This document shows positions 59,074 through 64,000 of a stretch of 64,000 nucleotides of DNA, piece by piece. The notes under the pieces are model-generated. The model had not been told where the DNA came from. It worked only from the letters and a program-made list of their open reading frames with translations, and did not search any database. The translations under genes were made by a program, and so were the position numbers. Every line of letters begins with the position of its first letter. Within the stretch, counting starts at the first letter, position 1. Source of the DNA: Acidimicrobiales bacterium (GTDB lineage: Bacteria > Actinomycetota > Acidimicrobiia > Acidimicrobiales > RAAP-2); assembly GCA_036501425.1 (NCBI GenBank), contig DASYAI010000016.1:8490-72489 (forward strand), read 5' to 3'.

Positions 59074-59882
59074 GCATCATCCACCGGCTGGACCACGTGA
59101 TCGTGGCGGTGGCGGATCGCTCCCAGTGGCTGCCCGTGATCGAGCGGGTGCTGGGCCTCACCCCGGGTCGCATGCTCGAAGGCTCCGGCGCGGGCGCCGC
59201 CGCCTTCTCCAATGCCGAGTTCGCCATCGGCGACGGCTTTCTGGGCGTGGTCGAGCCGGCGGGCCCCGCCTCGCAGCTCCACCGCTTCCTCGAGCGCTCC
59301 GGGGACGGCTTCTACGCCATCAGCATCGACGTGGGCGACGTGGGAGCCGCCACCGCCGCCCTCGACGCCGCTGCCGTGGACCATCGGGGCCAACCCGGAG
59401 CGCTGGTGTGGGCGGGGCCCCGGCGCACCCACGGCGTGCTGTACCAGGTGATCGGGGGCATGCTGCTCGGAGCGGGTGCCAACCCCAACTATCTGGGGCT
59501 GGCGAGGTTCACCGTCGTCGTCGAGGACCTGGCGGAGGCCACCGCGACCTACCGGGCCGCCTTCGGGCTTCCGGACGGCCCGGCGGTGGTGGACGAACCT
59601 CGCTCGACCCGGGGGCGGCGGTTGCCCATTCCGGGGGCCGGACTCGACCAGCACGTGCTGCTGGTCCAGCCGACGGGCGCCGGACCGGTGGCCCGCCATC
59701 TCCTCGAGCGGGGCGAGGGCATCTGGTCCTTCGGGATCGCGGTCAGCGACCTGGCGGCCGAGATGGAGCGCCTCGAGGCACTCGACGTGGCGGTCGACGT
59801 CGATCCGGGCGTCCCGGGCCGGGCCACGATCGACCCCGGGGCACTGCGAGGGCTGCGGGTCGAGCTGCTCCAAGCGGGCTGA
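59070..59882 (+). CDS. VOC (glyoxalase / bleomycin resistance / dioxygenase) family protein, two-module
   Basis: Last 270 aa of track ORF 58998..59882, from ATG 59070 (ATGA overlap). LDHVIVAVAD and FTVVVEDL begin the two modules. Confidence 0.65.
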   Translation: MSIIHRLDHVIVAVADRSQWLPVIERVLGLTPGRMLEGSGAGAAAFSNAEFAIGDGFLGVVEPAGPASQLHRFLERSGDGFYAISIDVGDVGAATAALDAAAVDHRGQPGALVWAGPRRTHGVLYQVIGGMLLGAGANPNYLGLARFTVVVEDLAEATATYRAAFGLPDGPAVVDEPRSTRGRRLPIPGAGLDQHVLLVQPTGAGPVARHLLERGEGIWSFGIAVSDLAAEMERLEALDVAVDVDPGVPGRATIDPGALRGLRVELLQAG

Positions 59883-59905
59883 GCGGCGCGGTGGCGCCGT
59901 CACGC

Positions 59906-60151
59906 TCAGCGGCCGACGGACACCAGGCTCAAGCGACGGCGGCGGAGCAGCCGGCGCCGTTCGCGCTCCGAACGTCCCCCCCAGACCCCGTGGTCGATCC
60001 GATTGGCCAGGGCGTACTCGAGGCACTGCTCGGCCACCGGGCACTCGGCGCAGATCCGCTGGGCCTCTTGCACCCCAAGGCCGTCGCTCGGGAAGAAGGT
60101 CGAGGGAGCCAGATCCCTGCAACTCCCGTCCGCCATCCAATCCGTGTTCAT
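59906..60151 (-). CDS. WhiB-family Fe-S transcriptional regulator
   Basis: Track ORF 59906..60199, with the start at MNTDWMADGSC (ATG 60151; GGGAG upstream). Cys pattern C-X22-C-X2-C-X5-C, GVWGG turn, basic tail. Confidence 0.88.
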   Translation of the reverse strand: MNTDWMADGSCRDLAPSTFFPSDGLGVQEAQRICAECPVAEQCLEYALANRIDHGVWGGRSERERRRLLRRRRLSLVSVGR

Positions 60152-60223
60152 AGTCGCGCTCCCTTTCAAGGGAGATCTAACTACGTCCGCCTTTCGCACT
60201 CCATCTATTTTCCGTAAGAACTA

Positions 60224-60259
60224 CCTCTCTCCCTTGGGCCGGAGCGCAAGGGAGAGAGG
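60224..60259 (-). terminator. Stem-loop (13-bp perfect stem CCTCTCTCCCTTG / CAAGGGAGAGAGG, 10-nt loop) downstream of the LLM oxidoreductase gene
   Basis: Read directly. It lies 11 nt after the stop at 60270 on the minus strand and is followed by a partially T-rich TAGTTCTTAC. Confidence 0.55.
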
Positions 60260-60269
60260 GCCCTGGTCG

Positions 60270-61271
60270 CTAGGCCGCCGGGGCGACGGGGTTCCAGGCG
60301 GCAGCGACCAGTTCGAAGGAGCGCCGTCGATCATCGGCGCCGAACACCCGGGTGCTCAGCATCAGCTCGTCGGCCCCGGTGCGCACCTGCAGCTGCTCGA
60401 GACCCGCAATGACTATTGCCGGATCGCCCACCAGGTGCGACGAGGACATCGAGTCGGCGATCTCGGCTTCGGCCGGGGTGAACTCGTACGCAGCTGCCTC
60501 CTCGGGACTGGGCAAGGGACCGGCGCGATTGGTGCGCAGCCGGAGGGTGGCCAGCCGAGAAGGCCCGGCGATCCAGCGGGCCTGCTGCTCGCCCGGGGCG
60601 CAGATCACGCTGGCGGCCACCATCAGGCGCGGCCGGTCGAGGAACGCCGAGGGCTGGAACGTGTCCCGGTAGCGGGCCACCGCCGGGTCGAGGAACTGCG
60701 GGCTGAAGTGGTAGGCGAACGCGAAGGACAAGCCGAGCATCGCCGCCAGGCTGGCGCTGAACACGCTGGATCCGAGCAGCCAGACCTCGGGAAGGTAGCC
60801 CTCGCCGGGGATGGCCTTGGGATGGTCGCGGGCCCCGAGGAAGTAGCCCAGAAGCTCCACCACGTCGTCGGGGAAGCTGTCGGCGCCGACGTCGGCCGAT
60901 CGCCGCAGCGCCCGGGCGGTCAGCTGATCGGTCCCCGGGGCCCGACCGATGCCCAGGTCGATCCGGCCCGGGTGGAGGGCCTCGAGGGTGCCGAACTGTT
61001 CGGCGATCACCAGCGGGACGTGGTTGGGCAGCATGACCCCGCCCGAGCCGACCCGCAGGGTGGTGGTGGCGGCCGCCAGATGGGCGATGAGCACCGCCGG
61101 CGCCGAGCTGGCCACGGCGGCCATGCCGTGGTGCTCGGCCACCCACAGCCTTCGGAACCCCAGGGCCTCGACCGTCCGGGCCAGCTCGGTCGTCTCTTGC
61201 AGGGCCTGGGCGGGTGAGGACCCGGCGCCCACCGTGGCGAGCTCGAGCACCGACAGGGGGACACGCTCCAT
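60270..61271 (-). CDS. LLM-class (luciferase-like) flavin-dependent oxidoreductase
   Basis: C-terminal 333 aa of track ORF 60270..62087, from ATG 61271. Motifs: [49 protein letters not shown]. Confidence 0.82.
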   Translation of the reverse strand: MERVPLSVLELATVGAGSSPAQALQETTELARTVEALGFRRLWVAEHHGMAAVASSAPAVLIAHLAAATTTLRVGSGGVMLPNHVPLVIAEQFGTLEALHPGRIDLGIGRAPGTDQLTARALRRSADVGADSFPDDVVELLGYFLGARDHPKAIPGEGYLPEVWLLGSSVFSASLAAMLGLSFAFAYHFSPQFLDPAVARYRDTFQPSAFLDRPRLMVAASVICAPGEQQARWIAGPSRLATLRLRTNRAGPLPSPEEAAAYEFTPAEAEIADSMSSSHLVGDPAIVIAGLEQLQVRTGADELMLSTRVFGADDRRRSFELVAAAWNPVAPAA

Positions 61272-61339
61272 AGGCGGTGCAACGCCCGATCGACGGCCAG
61301 CCTTCCCCGCCCCCCGCCGGGCGAGGCTACCGTCGGCAG

Positions 61340-62803
61340 ATGAGCGTGCCCGAGGTGCCCGGGGGACTGGACGGACTGCTCGCGTGGGTGGCGAGCACCT
61401 GGGAGCGCGAGGTCCTACCGGCCCTGGGCGACTACACCCGGGTGCGCTGCCTCTCGCCGGCGTTCGACCCCGGTTGGCGGGAGAGCGGCGAGCTCCACCG
61501 GGCCGCCCGGCTGCTCGAGAGCTGGAGCGGGACCCGGCCCGTTGCCGGGCTCCGGCCCCAGGTGCTCGAGATCGGAGGTCGGACTCCGGTGCTGCTCGTC
61601 GAGGCACCCGGCAGCCGCCCCGGCAGCGTCCTCGTCTACGGGCACCTCGACAAGCAACCCCCGCAGGGCCAGTGGCGCAGCGGCCTGGGCCCTTACGAGC
61701 CGGTCCGCGAGGACGAGCGGCTCTACGGCCGGGGGACGGCCGACGACGGCTACGCCCTGTTCGCCGCGCTCGTCGCGCTGGAGGCCTTGGACAGCCGAGG
61801 GCTGCCCCGTCCCGACGTGCGGGTGCTGGTCGAGGCGAGCGAGGAGAGCGGCAGCCCCGATCTCGATGCCTACCTCGACCAGCTGGCGCCCCGGCTCGGG
61901 CAGCCCGACCTGGTGGTCTGCCTCGATTCGGGGTGCCTGACCTACGACCGGCTCTGGCGGACCACCTCGCTCCGGGGCAACCTCGTCGCCACGTTGCGGG
62001 TCGACGTGCTGGACGAGGGGGTCCACAGCGGGCTCGCCGGTGGGGTCGTACCCTCGTCGTTCCGGCTGCTGCGGCGGCTGTTGTCACGGATCGAGGACGA
62101 GCGCACCGGGGCCATCTTGCTCCCCGAGCTGCAGGTCGCCGTGCCCGAGGTCCACCGGGCGAGCCTGAGCGCGATCGCCGAGGAGTTCGGTCACGACGCC
62201 GCCGGCGGCCTGCCCACGGTCCCCGGGCTCCGGCTGGCCGGATCGAGCGCCGCCGACCGCCTGGTCGCCCGGGCGTGGGCGCCGGCCCTCGCCGTGACCG
62301 GTATGGACGGGATCCCCGCCGTGCGCGACGGGGGGAACGTCCTGCGTCCGTTCACCGCCGCCCGCATCTCGCTGCGGCTCGCCCCGACCTGTGACGCCGC
62401 CGCCGCCGCCGAAGCCCTGCGGCGCACGCTCGAAGCCGATCCCCCCGACGGTGCCCGGGTGGCGGTGAGCGTCGACACGCCGGCCTCGGGCTGGCTCGCC
62501 CCCGATCCCGAGCCCTGGCTGGACGCGGCGCTCTCTGCCGCCTCGGAGGCCGCGTTCGGGCGCCCCCCGTCGGCCTACGGCGAGGGTGGGACCATCCCCT
62601 TCCTGGCGACCCTGGGCGCCCGGTTCCCCGGCACCCAGCTGGTGGCCACCGGGGTGCTCGGGCCGCACTCCAACGCCCACGGCCCCAACGAGTTCCTGCA
62701 CCTCCCGATGGCCCACGGCGTCACCACCGCGCTGGCCCACCTGATCGAGGCGGCGGGCCGGGCCTCGCCCTTGCCTTCACCCTCACCCTCACCCTCAGGG
62801 TGA
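61340..62803 (+). CDS. M20-family metallopeptidase (dipeptidase-like)
   Basis: Track ORF 61277..62803, with the start at ATG 61340. Motifs: [36 protein letters not shown]. Confidence 0.8.
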   Translation: MSVPEVPGGLDGLLAWVASTWEREVLPALGDYTRVRCLSPAFDPGWRESGELHRAARLLESWSGTRPVAGLRPQVLEIGGRTPVLLVEAPGSRPGSVLVYGHLDKQPPQGQWRSGLGPYEPVREDERLYGRGTADDGYALFAALVALEALDSRGLPRPDVRVLVEASEESGSPDLDAYLDQLAPRLGQPDLVVCLDSGCLTYDRLWRTTSLRGNLVATLRVDVLDEGVHSGLAGGVVPSSFRLLRRLLSRIEDERTGAILLPELQVAVPEVHRASLSAIAEEFGHDAAGGLPTVPGLRLAGSSAADRLVARAWAPALAVTGMDGIPAVRDGGNVLRPFTAARISLRLAPTCDAAAAAEALRRTLEADPPDGARVAVSVDTPASGWLAPDPEPWLDAALSAASEAAFGRPPSAYGEGGTIPFLATLGARFPGTQLVATGVLGPHSNAHGPNEFLHLPMAHGVTTALAHLIEAAGRASPLPSPSPSPSG

Positions 62804-63997
62804 CGGTGCCGGATCGGCGAGCGAGGGCCGGACCGGGCCCCCGGCGCGAGGGTCAACCGGCTGGTCCCGGCGCAGGACCCGGAGCAGCTCCTCGTAGGGG
62901 CCGAGGAGGTAGGCCTGGTCACCGGGGGCGAACCGGGTACCTCGCCGCGGCGGGTGCTCGAGCGCACCTTCCCCTCCGCCCCGTCGCAGCGCGATGACCC
63001 GGGTCCGGGCGGAGAGATCCTGCATGGCGAGCCCCTCGAGGCCCCCGCCTTCGGCCACCGCCAGCCGGGCGACCAGGAAGGGCTGCTGCTCGACGTAGAA
63101 CGTGCCGAGGACGTCGAGCCCCAGCGCGGCGCCGACGAACCAGGGCGCGGCGAGGGCCGACGTGGAGCGGACGTGGCGGAACCCGAAGCTCGACTCCATC
63201 ATGCGGCCCAGGTTGCGGTCGAACACCCTGATCACCACCGGCACCGTGTCCCAACGCTCCCCGAGCGACTCGCGCACGGCCAGCCCGGTCTCGATGTTCG
63301 TCAGGTCGTCACTGGTCAAGATGGCCACGGCGGAGGCGTCGGGCAGGTTGACGGTGTCGTGGGTCTGCCCTTGGGTGGCGTCGGCGATCACGACGGGGAC
63401 GCCCAGCGCCCGGGCACGGTCGAGATAGCGGTTCGACCCGTCGCGTTCGACGACCACCACGCGCCGGCCCTCACCGAGGAGCCCCTCGACCACCGCGATC
63501 CCGACCGAACCGAGGCCGATCACCACGACGTGCCCGCGCATGCCCGGCACCCGACGCCGCCCCAGCGACTGCTCGATGCGCCGGCTCACCAGCAGGTTGG
63601 TGAAGAGGGCGAACGAGGTGGTGACGAGCACCACGCCGACGACGATCATCAGGGTGCCGAACAGCTCCAGCCAGGCCGGCTGGGCGCCGAACGAGTAGTC
63701 GCCGTAGCCGACCGTGGCGATGGTGACCACCGTGAAGTACGCCGCGCCCAGCCAGCCCAGGGTGGCCCCGTGGCCCCCCGACGGGTGGTAGTTGAACCGC
63801 AGGACCAGGACGGCGGTGACCACCAGGACGCCGAGTGCCCCGAGGGCGAAGACCAGACCCCGGTCGCTGCCCCGGATCGCGGCGCGCAACCGGCGCCGGG
63901 CGCGGGCTACCCGGGCGAGCTCGTCGGGGGCGGCGTGCCCCCCCGGCGGCGTGCTGGCGATGTCGGCCCGCTCGAGATCCTCGGGCGTGCCCAGCAC
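62795..63997 (-). CDS. Potassium channel (TVGYGD pore) with a cytoplasmic TrkA-N/RCK domain; the 5' end may extend beyond the window
   Basis: Track ORF of 400 aa. Motifs: FTVVTIATVGYGD, VVVIGLGSVGIAVV (Rossmann). The ORF is open to within 3 nt of the window end. Confidence 0.8.
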   Translation of the reverse strand: MLGTPEDLERADIASTPPGGHAAPDELARVARARRRLRAAIRGSDRGLVFALGALGVLVVTAVLVLRFNYHPSGGHGATLGWLGAAYFTVVTIATVGYGDYSFGAQPAWLELFGTLMIVVGVVLVTTSFALFTNLLVSRRIEQSLGRRRVPGMRGHVVVIGLGSVGIAVVEGLLGEGRRVVVVERDGSNRYLDRARALGVPVVIADATQGQTHDTVNLPDASAVAILTSDDLTNIETGLAVRESLGERWDTVPVVIRVFDRNLGRMMESSFGFRHVRSTSALAAPWFVGAALGLDVLGTFYVEQQPFLVARLAVAEGGGLEGLAMQDLSARTRVIALRRGGGEGALEHPPRRGTRFAPGDQAYLLGPYEELLRVLRRDQPVDPRAGGPVRPSLADPAPSP

Positions 63998-64000
63998 GGC

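Noticed and set aside
60160-60176. CTCCCTT-TC-AAGGGAG palindrome upstream of whiB as an operator
   Set aside because: Its right half is simply the GGGAG ribosome-binding site of whiB. A 2-nt spacer makes a poor hairpin, and there is no independent support.
62770-62803. CACCCT x3 repeat at the end of the M20 peptidase gene (SPSPSPS tail)
   Set aside because: It is a very short, in-frame, low-complexity tail that overlaps the convergent K+ channel gene end. It is not informative on its own.

Overview
High-GC (roughly 70% by eye) chromosomal segment. Lsr2, WhiB and MurT/GatD point to Actinomycetota. The ORF track is full of long Arg/Pro/Gly-rich shadow ORFs, so calls rest on protein-like sequence, family motifs and operon geometry. 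I assigned families by reading motifs; no database search was run.

Layout:
- 1-20.0 kb: cobalamin locus in two divergent operons around a minus-strand cobalamin riboswitch. Minus arm: cobU-cobS-cbiB-cobC-cobQ-cobN plus a ChlI/ChlD chelatase gene that runs off the left edge and is absent from the ORF track. Plus arm: cobO-cobB, an ABC half-transporter, cobI-cobM-cobL, a cbiG/cobJ fusion and a cobH/cbiX fusion.
- 20-34 kb: mixed accessory genes. These are an acyltransferase-3/SGNH protein, a MaoC dehydratase, Lsr2, a Thr/Pro-rich coiled-coil membrane protein, a Tyr-phosphatase-like protein, an orphan solute-binding protein, a GH76-like protein with a repeat-encoded tail, and an ABC-2 transporter with a histidine kinase and LuxR-type regulator.
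- 35.1-40.2 kb: lower-GC, decayed integrative element next to tRNA-Val(CAC), carrying an integrase C-terminal fragment, a purN pseudogene and a frameshifted secreted protein.
- 41.3-48.2 kb: a TetR gene divergent from a translationally coupled operon (FAR-HAD fusion, Zn-ADH, LarA-like, PlsC). I cannot map it to a known pathway, so it is my best candidate for an undescribed (lipid-tailoring) system.
- 48-64 kb: housekeeping-type genes (NRDE, gatD-murT, LysR, tldD-pmbA, DNA glycosylase, malonyl-CoA decarboxylase, AKR, VOC, WhiB, LLM oxidoreductase, M20 peptidase, K+ channel).

No CRISPR array, rRNA or intact mobile element was seen.
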